37,359 nt of DNA. Source: Callorhinchus milii. Its lineage: Eukaryota. The notes beneath the pieces were generated by a model that ran no database searches, was not told the origin of the DNA, and saw only the letters and a list, made by a program, of their open reading frames with translations. How positions within the stretch are numbered: position 1 is the first letter of the stretch; every line of letters starts with the position of its first letter. The stretch is taken from assembly GCF_018977255.1 (NCBI RefSeq), contig NW_024705521.1, positions 1-37,359 of the forward strand, in the 5' to 3' direction. Made by a program: the position numbers and the translations under genes. Positions 23,750 through 34,673 of this stretch are shown here, in pieces.

Positions 23750-26589
23750 CACAGAGGCACAGATCAGCGGATCCGACCTACAAAAACTGCCATGTGGGGT
23801 CCTGTGGCTCAGTGGTTACAGCACTTGCCTCACAAGCGATAGACGTTGGTTCAATGACCTGCAGAACGAATCATTGCGCAACTTTCCTTATTCCACACAC
23901 TAGTCTCTGGTTACCAGCAGCAAATAGGAAGCAGGTTGTTAATCGATTGGAGGATCGATTTTTCAGAGGCAATAATTCCTTCTGAATAATAGTGTTAATA
24001 ATAAATTGGTCACTTGATCCAATGAGACACCGATATATATAATGTTTCGCCCTGACCTGCCTGGAACTGAACCCAGGTCTCTCGCTCGCAAAGCGAGTGC
24101 TCTAACCACTGAGCTTCAGGACTCCACATGTTAATAATAAATTGGTCAGGTCATCCAATGAGACATCGATATATGCAATGTACTGCCGTGCTTCGCCCAC
24201 ATAGCCACTGCCACGCTACCTCACTCAATCACTGCCCTCACAATACGCAGTCAATTCGTTTACTGTATATTGAATGAAGCACTGAGTGGCGTCTCGAAGA
24301 TGTGATATGGCGCTATATCAAATGCAACTATTATTATTATTGTTATTAACTGTAGTCATGTTATCATCAAAGTAATAATACAAAATGTCTTGCTTTCTGG
24401 GGAGCGCTGCCACATGTACGATTCTTTCTATGCTGCATTATTAAGTAAGTAAACATAAAAACAAACAATTTCCGTTTAAATTGCTTAAACAAAAACTATC
24501 TGTAGAGAAACTGTTTCTTCTGGTGGTTGGGGGAATGCAGAATAAGGGTGCATTAGAGCCAGTCCAGTTAGCAGAGAAATTGGTAGGAAAAAATTACGAA
24601 AAATTTAAGGAAATCTGGAAAACTTCCACAAAGATTCTGGAAATGTTGGTTCTATTCATATTTTGCAGACTGAGTTGGATACATTTATTTTAGCTCAGAA
24701 TTTCAAGGGTTACGGAGAAAAGATTAGAATATGTGTTGAGAGATAAATCAGCCATGATGTAATATAACGTTGGAACAAACTCAAGGACCTGATGGTCTGC
24801 TCCTATTCCTATTTAGCGCTTTCCACGTATGGGAGCGTCTTGGCGAGTCACTAAAGAAACGAAACAATTTAGTGTATTGAAGTTAAAGAAGAATGAACAT
24901 TAAATTTCATTTAAAGTCTAGTGAGCACATTTGCATTGCGACGTCCTCCTGACGTGAACTGACTTGAATAAATGTCAATATGTTGTCACTCTGGTGCAAA
25001 ATGCTCCAAGTCAGCTAATTGTTCAGTCAAATGATATAATCGATGAAATAATAAGACAAGGAAATGAATAGAAATGGAGGAGCAAGTGGCGCAGCAAGTG
25101 TTAGCAGAGAGACACGTCAATGTAAAAGAATGTGAATGACACCGAATATCCGAATGTTCCAGAGAGGAATAGAAAATAATGGGAACGAGCAGGGAAACTT
25201 GACTAATGCACAAACTTCCTGTGGAGAAGATAGCACCAAGGAAAGGCAAGACGGGTCCAAAATAATTATGCTATGAAACCTCTCCAATTGTGTACGTGTT
25301 GTAGCTATAATCCACCAGCAGATGGCGCACTAAACAAACACAAATAACATGAGCTGCAACTCACATAACACGTCACGCTCCTTTCTGTAACTAACTTCCT
25401 TTGCAGCAGTAACAGGTGCTTCCTGTTGCAGTTGACATATTTCACTCATACACACTATTACTACTTCAACAGAAATTTACAAATATTTGCCTAAAGTATT
25501 AACATAAGGCCTAGGTTGCTCATGAAACAATTTCTATCTCACCTATTTTACATTATTGCCTTTATTCTCGATTAGCAGCCGCTCTTAAATTGTTTTCTCT
25601 GCGGAATAGCAATTCTCTGTTGACATTTGTTACAGTATCGGCTTCTGCCTCCCTTTCAGGCAATGCATTCAAGATCAGAACCACTGACAGTGTGAAAAAA
25701 AAATCTGCTCCTCACAGTTTGTTCAGGCAACTACATTAAACGTGAACATTAAGCTATTTATTACGTTTATTGCTATATAATTATCAAAGATCATTGATAT
25801 GTCATCCCGCACCTGAAACATTCAAAAGCGACCGAAGTGCTCACTGTGAAATTCAGATTGGATTGTGTTCTGCTGTTCTGGTCTGACACTCTAGAACAGG
25901 CCTGGCTGTCTGTACTGTGGGTGAAGCTTGTCCTACCGAGGAGATATTAAATGCAGGTCCAGGCGGCTTGCATGAAGGGACTTTTGCGATGCCATTGTAA
26001 CGCTCGAGAAAGAACAAGTTTTCCACAGGTGTCTGGACAAACTTTCCATCGGTTAAATTCATCTTTCATTCATAGCTGTTTGTGGGAAAGTGTTGTATAC
26101 AAATTGAAGGCCAACTTCTTTGAGGAGGTCTGAGGCGTTTCGACTAAATGACAAGGCTCTCTTGGATAAAAGCATTTCTGAAACACGAATACTAAAAACA
26201 TTTGTAAGGTCATGTCACATTCAACAGTGTAATAATAACGATAATAAAAGCAAACGTTGGATTTGATACACTGCAATATTAGGTCATTGAGACGTCTCAA
26301 AGCTCTTCAAAGAATACGCTGAAAAGTGGGTGACACTGAAGAGTGTCCATTGCTTTATGGAAATTATGTGCAGCAGTGTCCCACACAAAGTTGTGGGCTC
26401 AGTTGCCTTATTTTGCGGCATTGTGTGTGTGTGTGGAAATTGTAGGTGCGGGGGTGGAGGCTGTGTGTGGGATCACTAAATTGTATTGTGTGGGCCAAAC
26501 GTGTCAGCCAAATGTAATGTAAAACAGTGGCCCACACAATGTTGTGGATTGAGTGACCTGATTGTGTGGCACTGTGTGAGTTTGTGTGG

Positions 26590-26825
26590 GGGGAGTGGAG
26601 GGGGCGGGGCGCTGTGTGGGCGGAGCGCTGTAAAACAACGGCAGAGATTGGGCGATGCGGCTCAGTGCGGGCGGGGCAGTGACTGAGTGACGTTGCTCTG
26701 TGGGCGTGGCAGTGGCTGTGTGGGCGGGGCTCTGTGTGGGCGCGGCTGTGACTGAGTGACGTAGCACTGTGGGCAAGGCGTTGGCTGTGTGGGCGGGGCT
26801 CTGTTTGGGGCTGTGACTGTGTGGC
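26590..26825 (+). repeat. GC-box-rich minisatellite upstream of C11 leader
   Basis: Same units as 7230-7415 with a different number and order. Confidence 0.85.
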
Positions 26826-26886
26826 TACTGAGCCCAAAAGCCCCATCAATCCATATTGGGGAGTTAATGTCAGACACGGGATCAGG

Positions 26887-27668
26887 ATGCTCATGTGGGA
26901 GACATGTGCTGTGCTCTCAATCACTCTCTGCTTACTTTGCCGTTAGTAAACTTTGTATACCTTCTTTTCTTAATATCTTGTTCTACCTTTTACAACATTA
27001 TAATATTAATAATCAATGCATTTGATATAGTGCCTTATCGATTATTCGAGCCAATTGTGCATAGCAGTTTTCTTCAAATAATCATGGATTGAATGACCAA
27101 ATTATTATCTGTTTCATTTTTGATTCATTATTGGAGGGCTAATTACCCCTGGAAAAGAGAGGCGCCAATCGACTGGTAAACGTTTTCCTATTTATTGCTT
27201 CTTAAACAAAGGCGTATGGAGTAGGGAAAATTTCCTCAGCTTTCCCCTGTCCTGATATCAAAGCCACATAACTTTTGCTTCTGAGGCGAATGCTCTCACC
27301 GGTACACTACAGTCTCCATATTAGACAAACTTGCTGCTCAACAATATTTTCTTTTAAATCACAGGAAACAGCCTGCAAGACATTGTGAATCAACCGATTG
27401 CTGAAATATCAGTTGAAGAGGGAAAATATGTGAAATTATCCTGCACCTTAAAGAAAATCAGTGACGCCTACAGTCTCTTTTGGTATCGGCAAACCTCCAG
27501 GAACGCTCCTGTCTACATACTTTACTCTGTTGTAGGGAAGGATAATAAGAGCCCTGACTTCCCAGATCGATTTACCTCCAATGTCGATAAAACGAGCGAA
27601 GATTTCAAACTGAGTATTGCCACCGTCCTGATCGGGGACAGTGCCGTGTATTACTGCGCCAAAGAGCC
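26887..27668 (+). CDS. TRAV: V segment C11, apparently intact
   Basis: Probable leader 26887-26941 (MLMWETCAVLSITLCLLC, GTTAGT). V exon 27365-27668 is open to DSAVYYCAKEP. RSS CACACTG 27669-27675 / 23 / ACAAAAACT 27699-27707. Confidence 0.9.
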
Positions 27669-29271
27669 CACACTGCTGCCGAGCTATGGCGACTCCGTAC
27701 AAAAACTCCAAATGGTTGTTTTGCTACTGAACCGCCAGGGGACGCCATTGCATAAAACTGATTTTATGTCTGTTTAAATATAGAGAAAACCGGTCAAGCA
27801 TTTGGAGACACATGAAAAAGTATTGTTTATTCTTTTATTATGCAAGCTGCACTTAAAACATGATCATTCTAATAAATTAGAGTGGAACATGTCGAAAGTC
27901 CTGTAGTCATTGGTTGCAGGTTAGAGTATTTACCTCGCAAACAAGAAGACCTGGGTTCGATTCCCGGGTGGGATTAAACAGTGGCCTAAATTCTTTGCTC
28001 CACATGTATACCACTGTATACCTAGCAGTAATATGAACACGATTTGTAAGTCGACTGGTGGATGGCTTTTCCAGTAGCATCAATTCACTGGAAAAAAANT
28101 GTGTTCTCTCAATCTGTAACTGTTTGTGGGCAACATATTATCACTTTTCACCCCCAAAATTACAAAATCACAAGACTGTACTGTATATTCTGCAAAGCAA
28201 ATAAGACGTCTCAACGGCCTGGTAAGGTATGGCATGGCAGCAAGTGAAAACATTTATGAGTTCACAGTAACAAATATATTTCACTCCCTGAACACTGGGT
28301 GACTCTGGTTCGAAGGTATTTTGACCAGACATCACTGGCTTGAAAACCTGCGAAAAATGGTTCAATAAAGCATGTTTCTGTTCCCCACTTCTAATCATTT
28401 TCAGAGTGTTACCAGCCGCATACCTTTGCTTGGTTTGCACTTTCCATTCTGAACAACAGATATACTCGAAAGATAGAGTATTGGAAACAAAGTTTATTAC
28501 AAAATTGTAGGCGATCACAGTCGACACAATGATAGGGAGTATCAGGATTCTCTCACTGTTCTGCTCCCACGTTCACTGGAAAATTATTCCTTATATCCTA
28601 TACTATCCTGCATCTGATTGTACGGAACCCAGAGAAACTCTTTATCTCATTCCCTTCAGCACAAAGTTCTTCACACACTATTCCTGCAAGTCTACCAATT
28701 ATCAAGTTACGGGGTCTCCGCCGAACTACATGTTGGTCCTATAGTTTAATGGTTAGAACTATCTCCTCGCAAGCAGGAAAACGAATGGCGCATCGGTATC
28801 CGGGGTAATAGTAACTTACAAAATGTTGTGAAGTGTTCACCCAATCATCGACTGGGCTTCTGCAATGCAAACGTGGCTACCACGCATCGCTCTATAAATA
28901 GAGCCAATTAATTTCACTGCATTTTCCGCGAAGCATTTCGAGACCTATCCAAGACACTTTAAGGCGGTGTATCAAATACAAGGATTATTATTCTTATTTG
29001 TATATTTCCTTGAGTCTTTGTAACAAGGTCTCTCTGCGCTGTCTCTTTCACAAATTACTCTGGTTTGCCACAGTGAGGGAAAGGGAATCTGAACTTAAAC
29101 GATAGGAGGAGTCGCAATACACCTCCAGCAATCAACAGAGACAAGACAACGTCGCAGAGCTAAGAGACAACTCGACAAGTGAAGAAGCGTTCATAATCGA
29201 GGATCTGCATTTAGATTATTCCCTCTGGCATTTCAACCAAAGATTCCGACGTGAATCGACGAGAGTTGAAA

Positions 29272-29726
29272 ATGAAGCAGATATACAGCAGAACGTATAT
29301 TATTTTGAATTTAATAATATCTCTACCTTGTAAGTAGGTTATGAGTGAGGGCAAACTCATTCTTATATTCCTGTTAAATAATTGCTAAATGTCCTGGCAA
29401 TTATTCTCAGAATTTCGTTTCAACAACTTACCTTTCTATTTCTCAGGTGTCTTTGCTGAAAGCGCTGTCTCACAGAGACCTCAGGCCGTGACAGAGAATC
29501 AAAATGGGAATGTATCTGTGGAGTGCACCAACACTGAACTCGCTAATGCCTTTCATTGGTACACACAGTATGGAAACGGCTCCATCCGTTTCTTGGTTTT
29601 GGGAACAAGTGACATCAGTGTGAAGGGAAGGATAAGAGCTTTGGCGAATACAAGACAGAGAAACTGCACTCTAACAATCCAAAACCTGCGAGTGACAGAC
29701 ACCGCCACTTACTTCTGTGCAGCGAG
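29272..29726 (+). CDS. TRAV: V segment D12, apparently intact
   Basis: Leader 29272-29329 (phase 1, GTAAGT). V exon 29447-29726 is open to DTATYFCAAS. RSS CACAGTG 29727-29733 / 23 / ACAAAAACA 29757-29765. Confidence 0.92.
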
Positions 29727-31293
29727 CACAGTGCTGTGTGTCTATGAAGGACCTGTACAAAAACATGTTGGGTTTACTGCAGCTCAATGGTAAGAGCACT
29801 CGCCCCGCAAGCGAGATAAATGGGTTCGTTTCCCGGCAGCAAAGGCAAACACGGCTGTTAGTTGATTGGCAGAAGGCTTTTCGTAGGGTAATAATTCCTT
29901 AAAAAAATTAAAAAGTGACAAAAGTTTACTCAATCGGTCACACGACTCTTAACGAAATTTACGGCTGCGTTTCATCCAATGTCACCACACTTTCTTAATC
30001 CACACACAAATTTTTAACCAGCTTTAAGTCGGAAACTGGTTGATAATCGACCGGTTCCTTCAAACTAAATAAAGACAATGTGGACACGCTTTGAGCAACT
30101 GTTTTTGAAATGCAACTGTGCGCAATTGACTGCCAAGTTTCGTCAACAAAAAACACATTTTAAAGTATACCTGTAAAGCACTTTGAGGCGTCAAGAAGAT
30201 GATAGCAACAGCAAAGCTTATCGTTATATTTCAGTTTGTTTGAATACGTAATATCATGGTGATGTGTTGCCTCTTGTGTCAGACACACATGTTACAAACA
30301 TCAGTTTTAAAATATAAAGCATCATTCAGCGAAATAAACCGTAAAACACAATAACGTGTAGCTTTGAAATAGATAAGTCAACTTGTGTTTTGCACCCAAA
30401 CTGCTGTAACCCAGAAACTAGACCGGAAAGGGGCGGGAAAGAAACTTTCCACTAACTGGTGCAGAGACATCCGAGAAACTGCTAACGTTACTTGATTCCT
30501 CCTCTTTCGCTTTGAAACCTTCCAATCGCTCGTTTCACCTCGTTACCAAATTGACATCTGCCTCCGGGGATATGAAGCCAACACACAGTGGTCCATCGTC
30601 CAGCCGTCTGAACGCACTCAGGGGCTTCCACTGAATACCTCCTCCTACCTTTATTTGACTATATTTATTAATAATACTTGCATTTTAAACAGCGCCTTAT
30701 CTCGTCTCTGAGACGTCTCAAAGCGCTTCACAGAATATACCGTGAAGTGATGTGACTGCATTTTGAATACGAAACGGGATTACTATCCCCACAAAGGAAA
30801 CTAACATTCGACTAACAACAAGTTTCCCACTTATTCATCTGCAAACATTTGTGTTTGGGGATTAACGCAACACGTCCAACATTTCACATCGCCGGGAATC
30901 GAACCGAGGTCTCTCGCTTGTGTGTCGAGGGCTTTAAGCCTTCAGCTTCAGGACTTCGCAGATGGCACACGTTTGTGGACTCGTGGACGAGTTTTGGATC
31001 AACTTCCATATGGGTGTAACTTGCTGCAGGTGTCAGACCCTCAGCTGAAGAAATGAATGTCAGCGATGGAAGAGAAGCCATGGAGGAGCGAGATGGCAGA
31101 GCAGAGAAGATGACCCAAAATGACAGTGACACAAGGTTTGTACGTAACCCTCATAACTACTCCTTCACAGTGTATGCAACTTCTGTACGTTGTGTCCTGT
31201 TCAGCCCCATTCAAGGTATCTTACAGCCTCGCAGCCAACATTCTCCAACTGCACCATCAACGCTCTCTCAACCTCCAGTGATATTGAATACAT

Positions 31294-32053
31294 ATGACAT
31301 TGTATATCTATGTGGCAGCAGCCATCATTATATTGTCAGGTAAGCGATCAGCTCGCTTCATCAGCCTGGTTCTTGCAAATAAAATCCAATGCCTAAGTTT
31401 TATTGCACGAAGCAACTAATACGCTGTAGGATATTTGTGGACCTGGAGTACTGTCGTTCAGTTTTTGTCTCACAAGCGAGAGGAGCTGTGTTCGATTCCC
31501 GGGCGGCACAGATCAAATACTTAGGCAAGTTTCCTTACTCCACACACACGCCAATCTTTGACTACCAACATCCAGAATTTCGGATATAGACCGGTAGGCA
31601 GATGACTTTTATGGTGGTGATAATCCCTAAAAAAAATGATAACACGTGATAATGTGGGCACGTTAAGCAGGACTTTTATGCGTTAATACTGTGCGAATTG
31701 GCTGCAGTGCTTTGCCCAGAAAATACGTTTCGTGCATATTACATGAAGTACATGGACACCTGAAAGATGTGATCAGTCTGTATATAAATTGTGAGCGTTA
31801 TCATGATTATTATTGTTATTGGACTCAACGCTGTTTTGTGTCTCGTTTGCAGAACATTGTGCAGGAGACGCAGTGACACATTTCCTATCTGCTGTAACAG
31901 TGAATGAAGAGGAGGATGTTTATCTGCAGTGTAATTACACAATTACAAGCTCCAGCAATCCCGGTGTGTGCTGGTACCCTCATTATTCCAGCAAAGCTCC
32001 AGAGTGTACCCTGAGCACATCCATCAACAACAAGATCAATAAACATGCAGACT
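31294..32053 (+). pseudogene. TRAV: 3'-truncated V segment A13 (no FR3, no RSS)
   Basis: Leader 31294-31339 with GTAAGC. V exon from 31853 is family-A-like up to ...KHAD (GCAGACT ending 32053), then jumps to GCCATGTGGA, the sequence that follows the nonamer in paralogs. Confidence 0.88.
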
Positions 32054-33702
32054 GCCATGTGGATTCCTGTAGCTCAGCAGTTATAGCACTCACCGCGCAA
32101 GAGAGAGCACTTGGGTTTGATTCCTGGCAGTAAAAGGAGGAACCCTGTTGTCAGTCGATTAGCGGATCCCGTTCCGGTTTAATAATTCCTTAAGATAATA
32201 ATATTAATAATATAGTGGTCACTTAATCCAATGGGACACTGATGTGTGCAAGTGGCTGCTGCCCACACAATATGCAGATAATTCGATTACAGTACATTAT
32301 CTGAAGCGCGTCTCGAAGATGCGATTCGGCACTATATCAAATGCGAGGATTATTATGAAATATGATCAGATTATTGGCACAGAAATAACTTCAAATGTCT
32401 TACTTTCTGGGCGGACCTGCCTATGCACTTGTTAGCCTCTGTTTTTTTTAATCAGTAGGAAAACATAAATAACAACTAATTGTATTATTTAACAATTTGC
32501 TGTCAAATGTCTCCAATTGTACACTTGCTGTAGCCACAATCCATCAGCAGATAGCGCATTGTACACACATATAACATGAGTTGTACTTACAAAACGTGAC
32601 AGTTTCCTATCTGGAACTAACCTCCTTGGCAACAATAACAGGTGCTTCCTGTTACAGTTGGTGTTGGTTTTCTGACACAAACTATTGCTGCTTCATCTTA
32701 AATGTACAAATGTTTCTCTAAAGCATTAACACAAGGCTTAGTTTGCTCAAGAATCAATTTCTGTTTCAGCTTTTCAATTTTATTGTCGCTCTCTCAAATA
32801 AGCAGCCGCTCTTAACTGGACCTCACTGCGGTAATCAACCGGCGAGACTTTGTTAAGGACACTATTGTCGTTTGCCTTGGTTAGTTTCGGTAGGAAATTT
32901 AAACTGACCTTGTTCAATTTAATTTAATTCAGGAATTGGGTAACTATCCTAGGTGTACATTCCCTGGCTTTTGACTCAATTTCATACCGTAATTTACATC
33001 AATAATAATAATACTCCTTGTCACTAATACAGTGCATTTCATGTTTGTAGTGGGAGAAACGAGGATGCTGTCAACTGCTGTAAAATAAATCATACAATAG
33101 GCAATTTGCGCATATTAATTTCCCCACAAGTGTGCATAAAATGAGAGATGGCAAATTGTCGACTTGGATTCTCAACCAAAAATATTCTGACAGATAGGAG
33201 AATGCTCAACTAACAGAGAGAGTTTTCTCCTCAGACTTGATGATGGAAAGCAATCATTTATTCATTCAGGCTTGGCTGCATGGTTCCATGATCCTACATC
33301 TAAATTCTTGCGTTGATCATGTCCAAGCAAGATTACACCAACTGTCTGCTCACTCTATAACCTGCCCGTCCATTCGCAAATTGCAGACTATACAAAAATC
33401 TGTATGTTCTGTTATTTTCACACACGATTACGCAAATTTTTGATCTGAACCTATCCCAAACTACTGGCTCCCATTCAATCGCCTCAGATCGAATTCAAGA
33501 TCATCACCTTCACCTTTGAGTTCCTATATGGTTATTCCCAATCCTGTCTCTGTGATATCGTGGAAACCAACAAATCTGGTCTTCATTTCATTGCCAAGTC
33601 GGTCACCAAATCGAATTTGCTCGTAGGAAATTCGCTCGTCCCTCCCCCCAGAAAATAAACTGTGAAACTTTAACTTCCCTCCAACATTGAGCAGGGGATG
33701 CT

Positions 33703-33750
33703 CACGTCAATTGATTAGGAAGTGAGTTCATCGCGATGAAGTGTCACCTG
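33703..33750 (+). promoter_or_regulatory. Probable E14 promoter motif cluster
   Basis: CACGTCA (CRE-like, 33703-33709), AGGAAGTG (Ets, 33717-33724) and CACCTG (E-box, 33745-33750), 70-120 bp before ATG 33821. Confidence 0.5.
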
Positions 33751-33820
33751 CCTCAAAGCCACAAGCCTCCAATTAACACCAATCACCTATCCACTCAAGA
33801 GCTCAGTTGCGGAGTAAGTG

Positions 33821-34673
33821 ATGGGGTTGGAGGGAACCAGTGTGTGTCTGGCTCTCGCTGCCATTTTAATAGGTAATTTATTATAACAATTATAAATCTT
33901 TCAATTTTTTTTTAAATCTTGTAACTGAATCGGTTTCCTTTTCTGCTCATATTATTAAACATAATAATCATTGTAATCACGTTTCATATGGCGCTTCAAT
34001 ATGTTTTCGAGCAGTCTCAAGGCGCTTCAAGTAATATGCTGTCAACTGCAGAGACTTTCTGTTTCGCGGGGGAGACTCGGTAGCCAATTGCGCACAGTAG
34101 TGTCCCCCAAATAATCAACGATTCACTGACTACATTTCAAAAATGTCTGTTATTTTCTTTTTGAACGGAATTTTATTCCCGGATAGGGATCAGCTAATTG
34201 TTTAACCAACATATTTCTACTTAGTGTTGGTTAAGCAGAGGTGGGTGCGTTACGGAAACAAGCCTAAGTTTGTGCCCTGTCCTGCCCGGAATCGTACCCG
34301 GGTCCTGTCGGTTGCGAGGCGAGTGCTCTAACTACTGAGCTACAGGACTCCACGTTCTTGTCTTTCAGGCGTGACCCAGGGAGACTCTGTGACACAGAAG
34401 GTGGCTTCAGTGAGTGGAAAAGAAGGAGGAAGTGTGACCATGGAATGTCATTATGATACGTCTCTGAGCAACTACTATTTACACTGGTATCGGGAACAAC
34501 AAGAAACACAACCACAGTATGTGCTTCAAAAGGGTTCTGGTGGTACATATAAAGCAGACTTTGCTGAAAAGCGGTTCGCTATTGAGCTCCAAACCTCGAC
34601 AAAATTCACCAGTTTAACCATCTCCCTGTTGGAGCTGTCTGACAGCGCTGTGTATTACTGTGCTCTCCAACCA
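33821..34673 (+). CDS. TRAV: V segment E14, apparently intact (alpha or delta V)
   Basis: Leader 33821-33872 (MGLEGTSVCLALAAILI, GTAATT). V exon 34369-34673 reads GDSVTQ...MEC...YYLHWYR...DSAVYYCALQ. RSS CACAGTG 34674-34680 / 23 / ACAAAAACG 34704-34712. Confidence 0.92.
33961..34353 (-). mobile_element. Antisense SINE in E14 intron
   Basis: Reverse complement begins GTGGAGTCCTGTAGCTCAGTAGTTAGAGCACTCGCCTCGC. Core TTGCGCACAGTAGTGTCCCC and tail lie upstream on the + strand. Confidence 0.82.

Larger units (their letters stand above)
19680..33500 (+). repeat. Segmental duplication, copy 2
   Basis: Same gene order and shared intergenic sequence as 1-15000. Boundaries approximate. Confidence 0.88.

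Noticed and set aside
26364-26924. 186-aa minus-strand ORF and overlapping ORFs at 7283-7664
   Set aside because: Low-complexity translations of the GC minisatellite. The frame is not conserved between the two copies.
29060-29110. Isolated CACAGTG upstream of D12
   Set aside because: No nonamer at 12- or 23-bp spacing.
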